64,000 bases of DNA from an uncultured Gammaproteobacteria bacterium (GTDB lineage: Bacteria; Patescibacteriota; Microgenomatia; UBA10105; UBA927). The notes beneath the pieces were generated by a model. It was given only the letters and a program-made list of their open reading frames with translations, was not told where the DNA came from and searched no databases. The stretch is from the NCBI GenBank assembly GCA_964527425.1, contig CAZGOA010000006.1:13928-77927 (forward strand), in the 5' to 3' direction. Below are positions 37,340 through 48,274 of this stretch, one piece after another; the stretch's first letter is position 1, and each line of letters begins with the position of its first letter. A program made the translations under genes and the position numbers.

Positions 37340-39067
37340 TCATCTATCTAATTGGATTATGACTTCAGTAACTGAGTCAGGAATTTCTATCGGATAATTG
37401 CCTGTTTTTAAAAACTTAGTTTCGTTGTCCATCACGTTTTCTCCATTAACAGTAATTGATTGATTTGGAGGAGTTGTTTGCAGTTTATAGGTCTCTTCAA
37501 TAACAACAGGAAGAATGTTCGGATCAAATTGACTTAATAGTCCTCCTTCGTAGTTAGTTCTGGCACATACTCCTTGATTACATGTATATCTGTATCCAAC
37601 ACTATATATTTTTTTATATGGACTTTGAAGATAGTTTGATCGAATAAACGATAAATGTGGTTCAGGAACTAACCAAAATGCATAGCCACTTCTATCTAAA
37701 ACGATAAATTTGGTTTTATTTTGAATTAATGATTCTGTTAGTGGGGGAGGGAGTGGTTTAATCGTTTGAATAAAATTTGCGAATCGATGACAACACAGTA
37801 CATATCCAGGTGGTCGGTAAATATATGATCCAGTCATATCATAGACAGTTTCATTAGATTTAATGTGTGCTACGACATCTCTAATAACTTGCATTTGCTC
37901 TTGACTACTATTTTCCGGAAGTACACGACTTTTGAATTGTTCATAAAATGATACGAAAGAGAGTAAACAAACGAAGAAAAGTATTATTACATTGGTATTC
38001 TTAAATCGAAAAAGGCGGATACTATATCCGACAAATATAGCAGCAGGTATTGAGCCGATCATCATGACAGGTACAAAATATTGAACAAATGGTGTAGGAA
38101 ACAGGATTAGATATGATACAGCCCCTGAAATGAATAAGGAAAAAAACCAAAAGGCTTTCCATCTCTTGTCAATTGCAAGCAGTAACGTTCCTCCGATCAT
38201 TGCAAACAGTAAAAACGTATTATACGCCCAGGGGATACTTGGTCCCTCATAGGCAACATAGACAAATTGCCAGGGGGTTAAGGCTAAAAATGGAGAAAAT
38301 TTAATGATCTGAAGAGCATAAATATCTTTTGTTGTTCTTATAATAGCGTCCAATCCGATTAGTAACGCACCATTTATTATTAAGTAGAGTAAGAATATGA
38401 CAACAGGTACGCTGCCTCCGAGGATAAAGAAAGCCCATTGCTTCAGTGGTAACGCTGAAATTTTTTTGGTTTTAATCAATCGAAGCAGAGGAGTATAGAT
38501 TAGTAAAAAACCTAACGCTGGAATTGCAAATATCATTTTTTGAAATGTCATCATTGATAATCCAAGCATTAAACCAGATATAAACAATGTTTTAGAGGTA
38601 TGAGGTAAAACAAATAACATCCAAGTAGAAATAATAAAAAATAACACCATTAATACGTCAGGCCTTACTTCTATCCCTTTATCAATCATAATTGGGGAAA
38701 CAATGAGAAAAAGTACAGTTAATAATGCAGATATCTTATGTTTCGTTAAAGAACGTGTTAAATGATAGAGAAGTACTGCGCAAAGACTAAATAGAACAAA
38801 CATGATAATACGAGAAAAAATGATAGCGGCTGGTGAATGTGGAAGTAAAAAAATAGGTAATAAGAACCATTGAAAAAAAGGAATATGATAAATAAAAAAA
38901 TCTTTATACGGAACTTGGCCGATAACAAAATGATATGCCCAGTGTATATGCGCAAACTCGTCAGGGTCAAAATACCGATATATCGATAGATATAACCGCA
39001 TCAATCCCGTTATGCCAATAGAAAAAAGAAGCAATAATCGTAGTAATAAAGATTGACTCATCTTCAT
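37340..39067 (-). CDS. GT-C (PMT_2/ArnT-like) glycosyltransferase
   Basis: DPDEFAH, PYKDFF, EVRPD, multi-TM region plus extracytoplasmic domain. Confidence 0.78.
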   Translation of the reverse strand: MKMSQSLLLRLLLLFSIGITGLMRLYLSIYRYFDPDEFAHIHWAYHFVIGQVPYKDFFIYHIPFFQWFLLPIFLLPHSPAAIIFSRIIMFVLFSLCAVLLYHLTRSLTKHKISALLTVLFLIVSPIMIDKGIEVRPDVLMVLFFIISTWMLFVLPHTSKTLFISGLMLGLSMMTFQKMIFAIPALGFLLIYTPLLRLIKTKKISALPLKQWAFFILGGSVPVVIFLLYLIINGALLIGLDAIIRTTKDIYALQIIKFSPFLALTPWQFVYVAYEGPSIPWAYNTFLLFAMIGGTLLLAIDKRWKAFWFFSLFISGAVSYLILFPTPFVQYFVPVMMIGSIPAAIFVGYSIRLFRFKNTNVIILFFVCLLSFVSFYEQFKSRVLPENSSQEQMQVIRDVVAHIKSNETVYDMTGSYIYRPPGYVLCCHRFANFIQTIKPLPPPLTESLIQNKTKFIVLDRSGYAFWLVPEPHLSFIRSNYLQSPYKKIYSVGYRYTCNQGVCARTNYEGGLLSQFDPNILPVVIEETYKLQTTPPNQSITVNGENVMDNETKFLKTGNYPIEIPDSVTEVIIQLDR

Positions 39068-39101
39068 GGTAATGTATTAACACAACATGTCTGAACCATG
39101 G

Positions 39102-39830
39102 TTATTGAGTAGTTGAATTAATTGTTGGTGTAGTACTCGTCTGATTGTTTGTTGGTTCTCCCCAGGTTAATGTGTCAACAATATTATCAAAAACAGACTC
39201 AGATAAGACTCCATTTGATAAATGAATCACAAGATTTTTGTTTGTTGGTACTTCAAAGAAAATATCATCATTTCCTGAAATGCCGTTTCTTGTAGTGTAT
39301 TTGGCTTTGTACCCTTTTAGACCATTGCTATTGGTAAATGGGGTAATTGAAGAAACTCCTGTTAATCCTCCGAATTGCTTCCACCAATTTTCGACATATA
39401 CAATTTTAGGTTGATTTATATATTGACGTAGATTTTCATTATTTTGTAAATTATCAACTCCAATAAGCACAGCTGACGATGGTGCTATTGATCCATATTT
39501 TACTGCCCAGATATCGTATGGATTATCATCTAGTCGGACTAACTCCAGAGATTCTGGTACTGTAAATGAATAGTTATATTGCTGTCCTTTTATTGTTTTT
39601 TTAGGTTCATCTTCAGGAGCAGTAAATTTGTCAGTTTGCTGAGGTTGATTTGGCCCAGGTGTTGGCGTTGGACCAGTGTACGTTACACCAGAGTGTAGAA
39701 CTACTTCACTTTGTCTTTTAACTGTCCATTGGTGCCATGTAAAAATTATGAGAACTAAAAAAATAAAAATAACACTTACGATAATACCTACTTTTAAAAA
39801 TACTTTTTCTTGTCCTTCTATTTCTTCCAT
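39102..39830 (-). CDS. Single-pass exported hypothetical protein with Pro/Thr-rich linker and tail
   Basis: N-terminal TM, GPTPTPGP, TSTTPTINSTTQ. Confidence 0.75.
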   Translation of the reverse strand: MEEIEGQEKVFLKVGIIVSVIFIFLVLIIFTWHQWTVKRQSEVVLHSGVTYTGPTPTPGPNQPQQTDKFTAPEDEPKKTIKGQQYNYSFTVPESLELVRLDDNPYDIWAVKYGSIAPSSAVLIGVDNLQNNENLRQYINQPKIVYVENWWKQFGGLTGVSSITPFTNSNGLKGYKAKYTTRNGISGNDDIFFEVPTNKNLVIHLSNGVLSESVFDNIVDTLTWGEPTNNQTSTTPTINSTTQ

Positions 39831-39903
39831 AGTAAAGTGATAGTACCTCTATTTGATAAAACAGAAAAGTAGGAAGAACAAAGAGGTTTAAAACTTGATA
39901 CTT

Positions 39904-41694
39904 ATGAATAAATACTATTCAAAATTAAAAGTTATTATACCCTCACTGCTTATTATTGGATTTATCTTATTCTCTTTTGTACCAACGTTTTATGAATGGG
40001 GTAGTAGATGGAAAATTAAACCAATACGTCATTTTGAATTAGTTCATAATTTTCCGACAGATTATAATTTGTATCTTTCTAAAATCCGTCAAGGAAAGGA
40101 AGGTTCATGGCTTGCTCGTGAAAAATATACTGCAGAACCTCATGAGGGTAGTTTAAGTCAAATTTTGTATGTGTTTATTGGGAGAGTATCGGATTGGGTA
40201 AAAGTACAAACACCATATATATGGTTTTCCTATCATGTTATGAGGTTTTTCTTTTCTGCTCTTTTACTTTTTGTTATTTGGCAGGTAACAGGTTGGGTAT
40301 TTCAACGGTTTTCTTGGAGAGTATTGAGTTTTCTTCTTATTGTGACTGCATCTACATGGCCAAAGTTTGAAAGTGTTGACGGCTGGCCGCGTTTTGGAGG
40401 CTACATGCCCTGGTATACCATGGTGGACAGCTTACAAAGAACAACGTTTATGCCCCATGTTATGTTTGGTCAAGCGATGCTGGCTTTTATTGTATGGGTT
40501 TTTGTGGGAGGGTTTTTAACAAAAAAACATCCTCTTAACTGGATATTTTTGGGATTAATTGGATTTATACTTGGCATTATTTTCCCTCCGGCAATATTTT
40601 TCTTATATGGGATGTTGGGAATGTGGTCTGCTTTTGAATTGGTGTTGCTGTTTTGGCATGAAAAAGAACACCTAGGTGATGTCAAGTCACTTGTTCGTAC
40701 ATTAAAAACATGGGGGATGGAACGATTATTCGGGAGAGTAGTGTTTATTGCAATGACGTTCCCGACTATGTTGTATTACGCATTATTATTCTCACAATAT
40801 CCATGGAAGCGATTGGTAGAGTTTGATGTTATTAATCCAACTAAATTTTCCTACATTGAATATTTTTTAGCCTTAGGTCCAACACTATTATTTGGAATAC
40901 TCGGTATTGTAGTTGTGTATATTAATCGAAAAAATGCAATGAGTCAGAAACTTACCGGTTTTTGTGTCTGGGTCATTGCGTGGTTACTATTTACGTTTAT
41001 ATTTAATTTTATACCTCAACAATCACCAACGCGTTTTTCGCAGATGATACCGCATCTTCCGTTAGGCTTGCTCACAGGATATTTATTTTATTCGCTTATG
41101 AATCTTGTAGGCCGTATGCGAAAAAATTATACTGCAAAACATACTAAAGACAGTCAAGTCTACACTGTATTAACGTTTATATTGTATGCTTGTTTCTTTG
41201 TGCCGCTTACAATTGTTTTATTTGGAATAGGTTCTATGTTTTCATCATGGCTATGGCAGAAAGATTTTGTTGATCATAAATTACGGGCAGATATTCCATT
41301 GGTTCCAACAGGGGCACAGGTCATGTATCCCTTAAAAGATTTAGCCGAAGCCATGGTTTGGTTACAAGTTAATACTCCACGTTCAGCAGTAGTATTTTCT
41401 GGTAAAGCGACAGGAAATATGATTCCGGTATATGCAGGAAATACAACTCATGTAGGACATGCAAATACCGTAGCTTCTGAAATTAAGGAGATTGCTGTAG
41501 CAAATGTCTATGGTCGTAAAGTTCCCCGTCAAATTGTTGAAGATTATTTCAAACAATACTCTATTGCCTACGTTCTATTTGGTCCCGAGGAAGCAGAATT
41601 AGCTTTTGGAGCGACTGATCTACGAGAATTTTATCCATTTTTAGAAGAGGTTTATAGGAATCAATTCGTTATTCTTTATAAAGTAAATCTATAA
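39904..41694 (+). CDS. GT-C-like membrane protein (paralog family A)
   Basis: DYNLYLSKIRQGKEG, MPHV, STT3-like C-terminus; ATG 39904 (the ORF opens at 39895). Confidence 0.7.
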   Translation: MNKYYSKLKVIIPSLLIIGFILFSFVPTFYEWGSRWKIKPIRHFELVHNFPTDYNLYLSKIRQGKEGSWLAREKYTAEPHEGSLSQILYVFIGRVSDWVKVQTPYIWFSYHVMRFFFSALLLFVIWQVTGWVFQRFSWRVLSFLLIVTASTWPKFESVDGWPRFGGYMPWYTMVDSLQRTTFMPHVMFGQAMLAFIVWVFVGGFLTKKHPLNWIFLGLIGFILGIIFPPAIFFLYGMLGMWSAFELVLLFWHEKEHLGDVKSLVRTLKTWGMERLFGRVVFIAMTFPTMLYYALLFSQYPWKRLVEFDVINPTKFSYIEYFLALGPTLLFGILGIVVVYINRKNAMSQKLTGFCVWVIAWLLFTFIFNFIPQQSPTRFSQMIPHLPLGLLTGYLFYSLMNLVGRMRKNYTAKHTKDSQVYTVLTFILYACFFVPLTIVLFGIGSMFSSWLWQKDFVDHKLRADIPLVPTGAQVMYPLKDLAEAMVWLQVNTPRSAVVFSGKATGNMIPVYAGNTTHVGHANTVASEIKEIAVANVYGRKVPRQIVEDYFKQYSIAYVLFGPEEAELAFGATDLREFYPFLEEVYRNQFVILYKVNL

Positions 41695-42348
41695 TCAGGC
41701 AAATACTTCTAGCATATCTTTTTTTTCTACATGTATTGCTTGTTTAACCATGGTGATAACTTGCTCTCTATCAGTTTCTGAATTTACTACATCAACTGAA
41801 TTACAATCTATAAATATTGTTGGAATATGCTTGTGGTTATCGATAACAGCTTTATTTAATTCATGTAATAATTCTATATATTGGAGAGGAATGTCCCTTT
41901 CATAACTCCTTCCACGTGTTTCAATGCGATTCATGATTGTTTCAATAGTTGCATCGAGGTAAATGATTAATGAAGGCTGAGGTAAATGGTTAATAATGCC
42001 ATTATATAATTTTATGTATAAGGCCCATTCATCTTGATCCATATTTCCTAAACGATGTTGAGCTAATGCATAGGAGTATACATCTTGAAAAATAGGTGTA
42101 TCTTGAACAACACTTGATACTTCAAGAGAAACACTAATTTCCTCAAGTTGTTTTGCTTTTTCGAGTAAAAAAAACGCTTGAGAATGAAATGCCCAGCGTT
42201 TCATATCAGTATAAAATCTCGGTAAAAAGGGATTGTCGTTATAGTTTTCTGTAACTAGTGAATACGCAAGTCTTTCTGCAAGAAGAGTAGAGTACGTTGT
42301 TTTTCCTATACCAAGAGTACCCATTACACTGATTAGCTGATTTAGCAT
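41695..42348 (-). CDS. Deoxynucleoside kinase (dNK family)
   Basis: GTLGIGKTT, NPFL..FY, Q.FFL, RI..RGR.YE. Confidence 0.9.
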   Translation of the reverse strand: MLNQLISVMGTLGIGKTTYSTLLAERLAYSLVTENYNDNPFLPRFYTDMKRWAFHSQAFFLLEKAKQLEEISVSLEVSSVVQDTPIFQDVYSYALAQHRLGNMDQDEWALYIKLYNGIINHLPQPSLIIYLDATIETIMNRIETRGRSYERDIPLQYIELLHELNKAVIDNHKHIPTIFIDCNSVDVVNSETDREQVITMVKQAIHVEKKDMLEVFA

Positions 42349-42363
42349 ATTTATTTGGTTTTA

Positions 42364-43062
42364 TCATTTTTTCATATCTTTATACAACCGTATCATTTCT
42401 TTAATAGTTACAACGATCATAGTTGGGTCACCACCCTTAGGAAATCCACCAATTCGTGAATGATACCGAAATCCAACGTCTGTAAATTTTGCTCCCATGT
42501 TCCATGCTTTATAGATAACTTCTGGTTGTATAAGAGCGCTTCTGTCGAGTGCAGTGATTTCTATTTGATCGAGAATTTTTTTCTTCCATAAAATTGCTGT
42601 AGATATTTCACGAAGTGTTACTCCAAACAATAATCTATACATCATATGAAATATAAATGAATTTAACTTACGGGTAATTGGTTCTGGATTGCTATTCCTG
42701 AATCCAACTACTACATCCACGTCTTTGGTTTTACTAATAAATAGAGGGAGAACATCCATTGATACTTGACCATCTGCTGGAGCTAAAAAAATCCATTCGT
42801 TTCGTGCTTTTTTATAACAGCTTTTAATTGCTCCAGAAAAGCCTTTGTTTTCGGCATGCCTTACTATTGTAATAGTTGGATGTTGTTTTGCTGCATTCTT
42901 CATAATGTCATATGTGTGGTCTGTAGATCCATCATCAACTAACAGTAATTCAAATTTTTCACTTACTTGAGGGCCGATTTGCAGAGCACTGTTAATTACA
43001 GTTTGAATAGACGCTTCTTCGTTAAAGGCGGGAATGGATATTGTAAGAGATGATACTTTCAT
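42364..43062 (-). CDS. GT2 polyprenol-phosphate glycosyltransferase (DPM1-like)
   Basis: IPAFNEE, VDDGSTD, N.GF..A, ADGQ. Confidence 0.85.
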   Translation of the reverse strand: MKVSSLTISIPAFNEEASIQTVINSALQIGPQVSEKFELLLVDDGSTDHTYDIMKNAAKQHPTITIVRHAENKGFSGAIKSCYKKARNEWIFLAPADGQVSMDVLPLFISKTKDVDVVVGFRNSNPEPITRKLNSFIFHMMYRLLFGVTLREISTAILWKKKILDQIEITALDRSALIQPEVIYKAWNMGAKFTDVGFRYHSRIGGFPKGGDPTMIVVTIKEMIRLYKDMKK

Positions 43063-43065
43063 GAG

Positions 43066-43527
43066 TTATTTATTAAGTATTCGTGCAGGATTTCCAACTA
43101 CAGTTGTCTGGGGAGGAACATCTTTTGTGACAACACTTCCTGCTCCAACCATTGCTCCTTCACCTATTGTTACTCCGCATCGTATAGTTGCTCCAGCACC
43201 AATTGCTGCACGTGTTTTAACGACTGTTTTTTCTACAATCCAGTCGCTGGGTTGTTTTAAATCACCGGTTTCTGATACTGCTGCTGGAAAACGGTCATTG
43301 GTAAAGGTGACATTCGGTCCTATAAATACGCCATCTTCTATGACGACGCCCTCAGGTATGAAAACAAAGGGTTCTATTTTTACTCTATTACCGATAATGA
43401 CAGTAGGTTTTATCTCTACAAACGTTCCGATTTTACAGTCATTGCCAATAGTACATCCATAAATATTTACTAATTCAGGATGAAATATACTGGTATTTTT
43501 GCCAATGATTGCCGATTTATGAACCAT
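43066..43527 (-). CDS. Left-handed beta-helix N-acyltransferase (WbpD/QdtC-like)
   Basis: Hexapeptide repeats, FTND.FP, VVGNPAR. Confidence 0.9.
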   Translation of the reverse strand: MVHKSAIIGKNTSIFHPELVNIYGCTIGNDCKIGTFVEIKPTVIIGNRVKIEPFVFIPEGVVIEDGVFIGPNVTFTNDRFPAAVSETGDLKQPSDWIVEKTVVKTRAAIGAGATIRCGVTIGEGAMVGAGSVVTKDVPPQTTVVGNPARILNK

Positions 43528-43532
43528 AATAA

Positions 43533-44957
43533 TTAATCTGTTGAAATAAATAATGTACTGATGCGTTTACATAGTATAACAATCCATTGGATTCCGATCA
43601 CGATTAAAATTGCGTAAAGGGGATAAAGGGGAATAAGAAATCTTCCTTCAACCCATTCAGAAGCCGATTGAAAAAAATGCTGAAATAAAAATAACACAGC
43701 AACACTTATTAAAGGTATATTTCTTTGTAAGAATACTTTTATGATGCCAATACCAGCAATGAACATAAGGAGGGAAGTGATTATGGGATAAAGAGTTTGA
43801 TTAAATTGGATAGTACGTGCAAATATTGTATTGATAACCTGATTCGTTCGTAATGGCTGACAATACTCGGGTATCCACATAAATCGACACTGTTTAGTTC
43901 CACATATCAGACAATCAGGTTCTACGAAGCCTAATTGGGTTAATACGTTGCCATAGTAGGGAATTGTATTTGGGGTAATCAAAGCCATAGAGATGATATG
44001 CTGAATGTACTTTAAGGGATGTTCTTTTATTCCTTGTATGCTAACAGCGAGAAATAAATTATCAATTTCGATTTCTGTGAGCTCTTTGGTATAAAAAGCG
44101 TTAGCAAACAGTGGAAGCATGTCCCACCAGGGTTTGGTGATATCCATATCCGGGGGAATATACTTAAAAAATTGTTGAACTGTTGGGTTATCTCTTATCT
44201 GAGGAATAAATTTTCCAGCAGTAATGACGTTATTATATGCGTGTCTTCCTGTAAAAGATGACATCATTACTTTGTTATAGTGAACCTTATTAAACAGAAG
44301 CCACCACACAATGATAAACAAGCCGACTATTCCAGGTAAAATTGATACTAATTTGTGAGGTCTGCTTTTAAATGCAGGCATCCAATTCCATAATCCAACA
44401 AGCCACCATATACCTGCAAATAACACCCAGGGAATAAATGCATATCTGGTCAAACTGAGTAAGGCACAACACAATAAGACGATACTTCTTTTCCAGTAAT
44501 CAGGTTTTATTTGTAGGTAAATATGCAACGTTAAAGCAACTAAAAACATTGTTGTTACTTCAGACATAAAAACAAAAGCATACAGGAGATTAAAGGGGAG
44601 TAATAAAAATACGACACTACTCACAAGTCTCATTGGTTTTGTTAGATACTGTTTTAGACAGAAATAAATAAGCAAACTGGAACCTCCAATCATTAACAGT
44701 TGAAGAAACGGTAGTGTAAACTGTATTCCTGGCTTGACGTAAACCAGTGGGTAGGAAAGCACAGCAAACAAGGGACCAAATAATGTTTGAGGTATTTCTG
44801 CATTTAGCGGGGCTACAGGCAGTAATTGTCCTGTTAGGAGATAATGCCCAAGTACATAATAAAAATATGCGTCAGGTATCTCAAATATTCCAATGTATAT
44901 TGAGGCAAAAAAAGAGACTAGTATGAAAATTACTGAACCGAGTAGAATTTTTTTCAT
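43533..44957 (-). CDS. GT-C-like membrane protein
   Basis: PDAYFY first-loop Asp, MSE, ~10 TMs, RF..P. Confidence 0.65.
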   Translation of the reverse strand: MKKILLGSVIFILVSFFASIYIGIFEIPDAYFYYVLGHYLLTGQLLPVAPLNAEIPQTLFGPLFAVLSYPLVYVKPGIQFTLPFLQLLMIGGSSLLIYFCLKQYLTKPMRLVSSVVFLLLPFNLLYAFVFMSEVTTMFLVALTLHIYLQIKPDYWKRSIVLLCCALLSLTRYAFIPWVLFAGIWWLVGLWNWMPAFKSRPHKLVSILPGIVGLFIIVWWLLFNKVHYNKVMMSSFTGRHAYNNVITAGKFIPQIRDNPTVQQFFKYIPPDMDITKPWWDMLPLFANAFYTKELTEIEIDNLFLAVSIQGIKEHPLKYIQHIISMALITPNTIPYYGNVLTQLGFVEPDCLICGTKQCRFMWIPEYCQPLRTNQVINTIFARTIQFNQTLYPIITSLLMFIAGIGIIKVFLQRNIPLISVAVLFLFQHFFQSASEWVEGRFLIPLYPLYAILIVIGIQWIVILCKRISTLFISTD

Positions 44958-44961
44958 ATTT

Positions 44962-46596
44962 TTATTGCTGTTTCACTTTGTAGACTGTAACATCAGAATT
45001 TGTGAATATGGATTCTAAGATAGTAGGATAAAGAGTTGTTGTGTTAGAAAATGATTTTTCATCCGGTCCCCAAAATACATGAGTAATATGTTCTTTTTGC
45101 AGTAATTCTCGTGCATCTTTATCGGAAAGCTGTGCTTTATAAAAATGTTCAGCTATCCATCGTCTTTCAAGCCAATCGGTAAACCCATGTCCTCCTCCAA
45201 TATATACTGATACTGGTCCAAACGCAGGTAACATTTCTCCAAAATATTCTTTTACCATTACATTACTCTGTTGGGGCAGGTTTTTCATAAACAGTACTCC
45301 CTGCCAGGTTTCTTTCGTTGGATAGATATTTATCCAAAAGTTTTCTTGAGCTGTATATATTTGTTTGGTATATTGCCAGGTAAAAAATGTAGAAATGAGA
45401 ATGAGAGTAATGGTCAATATAAATCCTACTGATTTTCGTACTGTCGAGGGAAAGATAGATAATAAGTGCCATATTCCAATAGTACTGAGTATTCCAGCAG
45501 GTGCGTAACCGTGCAGATCAACAAGCCGAAAATTTGCAAATGGAAACCACGACAAATGACTAATAGAAATTAAACCTATTGGAAATAGTAACCAGCTTAA
45601 TGAAAGGATAAAAGAGGTCCACAATTTCGTGGACATTTGCTTATAGCGAATAATACTTGCCCCAATAGCGGTAATTATAAAAGGAACATAGAGCAGTAAA
45701 GAATTTACATATTGGTTGATGACTACACTGTGCTGCATCCATGACTTTTCTTCAGCTGTCCATTCTGTCCAGGGACTCCCTTTACTAAATTCTACTTTTA
45801 ATAATAGGGCGGCAAGTATTATTCCAATAAAAGCTGAAACTAGGATGAGTGTGTAATATTTCCAATGGGTTTTCTTTTTAATAAGAAGAAATAGAAATGC
45901 AATACCTGACATGGCAAAGTAGGGAACGATAAAAGATGGAAGCACTGTCGTTGCCCAGAACCCAAGCAGAAACAGTAATACTGACTGAAGTATCCATAGT
46001 TTTTTCTTGGTACTTGGGTTAAATAGGCAATAGAGTATGAATCCGAAAAATAAAAACCCAAAGGCGTCTCCCCAGGTGTGATGAGGAAGAGAAAATCGTC
46101 GTTCAAATAATATATGAACATCCCACGCTGGTACTAATTGAAAGAGGCCATTTTTTAGTGAACTAAATGATGGACTTGTTTCTAAACCAACAGCTAAGAT
46201 GGTTGCAACAGTTGCCCATCTGGATGGAAATAATTGTTTAGCTAGGAAATATAAACAGAATGCACTACTTATTACCCCTGTTAATCGTAATAGTTGGTAC
46301 ATGTCTACTGGATCAATGGAAAAAAGTGAAGCTATTTTTCCAGCGACAACAAAAAAAAGCTGTGCATAAACGATTGGTGTTTCTCTGGTGGTATGAGTGT
46401 CTTTTATTCCCCAGCTTCCGTCTTTAGCTTGTCTTATCATCGAAGGATAATAAAAATTTTTCCCTAATACATTGTATGTTCTGCCTTCAGGAGCTATTGT
46501 GTATGGTCTGTTGCTTACGGATAAAAAATATATACTTTGAAAGATCAGTACAATAATGACAAACAGTATTGGATGAGAACGGATAAGTTTTAACAT
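44962..46596 (-). CDS. GT-C-like membrane protein (paralog family A)
   Basis: YPSMIRQAKDG, LPHH, ITHVFWGPDE. Confidence 0.68.
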   Translation of the reverse strand: MLKLIRSHPILFVIIVLIFQSIYFLSVSNRPYTIAPEGRTYNVLGKNFYYPSMIRQAKDGSWGIKDTHTTRETPIVYAQLFFVVAGKIASLFSIDPVDMYQLLRLTGVISSAFCLYFLAKQLFPSRWATVATILAVGLETSPSFSSLKNGLFQLVPAWDVHILFERRFSLPHHTWGDAFGFLFFGFILYCLFNPSTKKKLWILQSVLLFLLGFWATTVLPSFIVPYFAMSGIAFLFLLIKKKTHWKYYTLILVSAFIGIILAALLLKVEFSKGSPWTEWTAEEKSWMQHSVVINQYVNSLLLYVPFIITAIGASIIRYKQMSTKLWTSFILSLSWLLFPIGLISISHLSWFPFANFRLVDLHGYAPAGILSTIGIWHLLSIFPSTVRKSVGFILTITLILISTFFTWQYTKQIYTAQENFWINIYPTKETWQGVLFMKNLPQQSNVMVKEYFGEMLPAFGPVSVYIGGGHGFTDWLERRWIAEHFYKAQLSDKDARELLQKEHITHVFWGPDEKSFSNTTTLYPTILESIFTNSDVTVYKVKQQ

Positions 46597-46605
46597 TATG
46601 TAATA

Positions 46606-48201
46606 TTATTTTAGTATTACTTTTGTAACACTGATTGAATCCATTTCAAAGACTTTCTGAAAATACGGCAATGTATTATATTTAGAATCGTTAAATGGAA
46701 TAGTCTCGTATCCCCAAATGATATAATCAACTTTTAACGAATCTAATACATTGTACACCTCCTCATTTGTTAAGTAATTGTTATAAAAGAGTCCGATTGT
46801 ATGTTTTTTTTCATCGTAGTAAGTGGTATTTCCATTGTGTCCTATAATTACTTTATTGTGAGAGATTGCTGGTATTGTAGAACTTAACGCTTCAGGTGCG
46901 AGGATAACACTCCGATATTCTGTTTTTGTTCTTAAAAAATGATAGACAGGAGTCATGGTAGTTATGAGTCTTGCAGTATTCGTATAATGAATATTTGGGT
47001 ATGAATATTCCAGGAGATTAGTGAGAAACGGGGGTACGGCAAATACTATACAGAATATGGCAAACATACTCGCAATAACATTTCGAAATCTAAAGGGAAT
47101 TATTGTACACTTTGAAAGTGTATAAGCAGATAATAATGCAAGAGGAATATGTTGATAGGTTTGAAATAATCTAATTCCTCCAGTAGGTATACCAATATTT
47201 GGCATATAAAATAATCCAATAGGAAGTAAACCCCATGCAATGAGAAAACGAGTTTGTACATTTTTCCAGTTTGAAGGTACCCAGAGTGATAAAAAAAACG
47301 GTATGAATAATGGTCCTAGTGCCAGTAAGTAATTCGGCAACGAAACCGCAGGTGGAGACCAAACCATGGTATCTGCATTAGCAGTCGAAGCATTCTGCCA
47401 CACATTGGTTAGTAAATATCGGTTATATACAATACTTGGGGCTGAAGCAATGATGGCAGTTAAACAATGAAAGAGCAATATCAGTGTTTGTTTCCTATTA
47501 AATAGAACTGCAGTTACTGATGTGAAGATAAAAAAATAGATAAGAAATATGACAACATAGGGATGGAGAAACGAAAGAAATATAAAACTTGTGAAGGTAA
47601 TCGTTAGTGAAGTAATAGTAAATGACAATGATGGCAAGCGCAGCCACAGCAAAAGTATCATTACTGAAGCAATATAATGATGAGGAGGAATGTGGATAAA
47701 TTTTTTTATAGCATTAAACCAATTAGAATATGTCTCTACATCTACGGCTTTGGTAATGTCATTGGCAATTAGATAATATACGCTTGTACTCGTTGTCCAA
47801 AGTACAAGACCGATATATTTAAAAGAATTTTTAATTAGTGTAAAAAAACTAAAAGTGACAAAGAAAATAAGTATAATAATTGCAAAAAATCTAGCTATTG
47901 TATACACATGAAACGGACTGATATTGAATGGAGAAGAAAGTAGGCCAAGTATATTGTAATGTGGCTGTAACAGCATGGGTGGAAAATTTTGTTCAGAGTA
48001 TTGGTTGTGGAAAAGCAATCTCCCTTCCTGTCCTGATTTAATCATCCATGCGTATTGCATTAAATCCATCGGATAGGGAGAAGGGAACCCATATTCAGTT
48101 GGTAATGATTGTGTATTGCTATACACAATATACATATATGCGTTTGTTACTACTGCAAATGCAATCATAACAAGCGATGTTATGATGTATGATCTCCTCA
48201 T
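46606..48201 (-). CDS. GT-C-like membrane protein (paralog family A)
   Basis: DLMQYAWMIKSGQEG, PPHH, VDYIIWG. Confidence 0.68.
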   Translation of the reverse strand: MRRSYIITSLVMIAFAVVTNAYMYIVYSNTQSLPTEYGFPSPYPMDLMQYAWMIKSGQEGRLLFHNQYSEQNFPPMLLQPHYNILGLLSSPFNISPFHVYTIARFFAIIILIFFVTFSFFTLIKNSFKYIGLVLWTTSTSVYYLIANDITKAVDVETYSNWFNAIKKFIHIPPHHYIASVMILLLWLRLPSLSFTITSLTITFTSFIFLSFLHPYVVIFLIYFFIFTSVTAVLFNRKQTLILLFHCLTAIIASAPSIVYNRYLLTNVWQNASTANADTMVWSPPAVSLPNYLLALGPLFIPFFLSLWVPSNWKNVQTRFLIAWGLLPIGLFYMPNIGIPTGGIRLFQTYQHIPLALLSAYTLSKCTIIPFRFRNVIASMFAIFCIVFAVPPFLTNLLEYSYPNIHYTNTARLITTMTPVYHFLRTKTEYRSVILAPEALSSTIPAISHNKVIIGHNGNTTYYDEKKHTIGLFYNNYLTNEEVYNVLDSLKVDYIIWGYETIPFNDSKYNTLPYFQKVFEMDSISVTKVILK

Positions 48202-48274
48202 AAAGTAAATATTAGAAAATTTAGGTACAAACAGTGTTGTATAACTCTATATTTTATATTATAGTTTGAGGACT

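Noticed and set aside
32396-39830. tRNA-anchored genomic island or prophage
   Set aside because: I saw no integrase or phage genes and did not spot a duplicated tRNA 3' end (att site)
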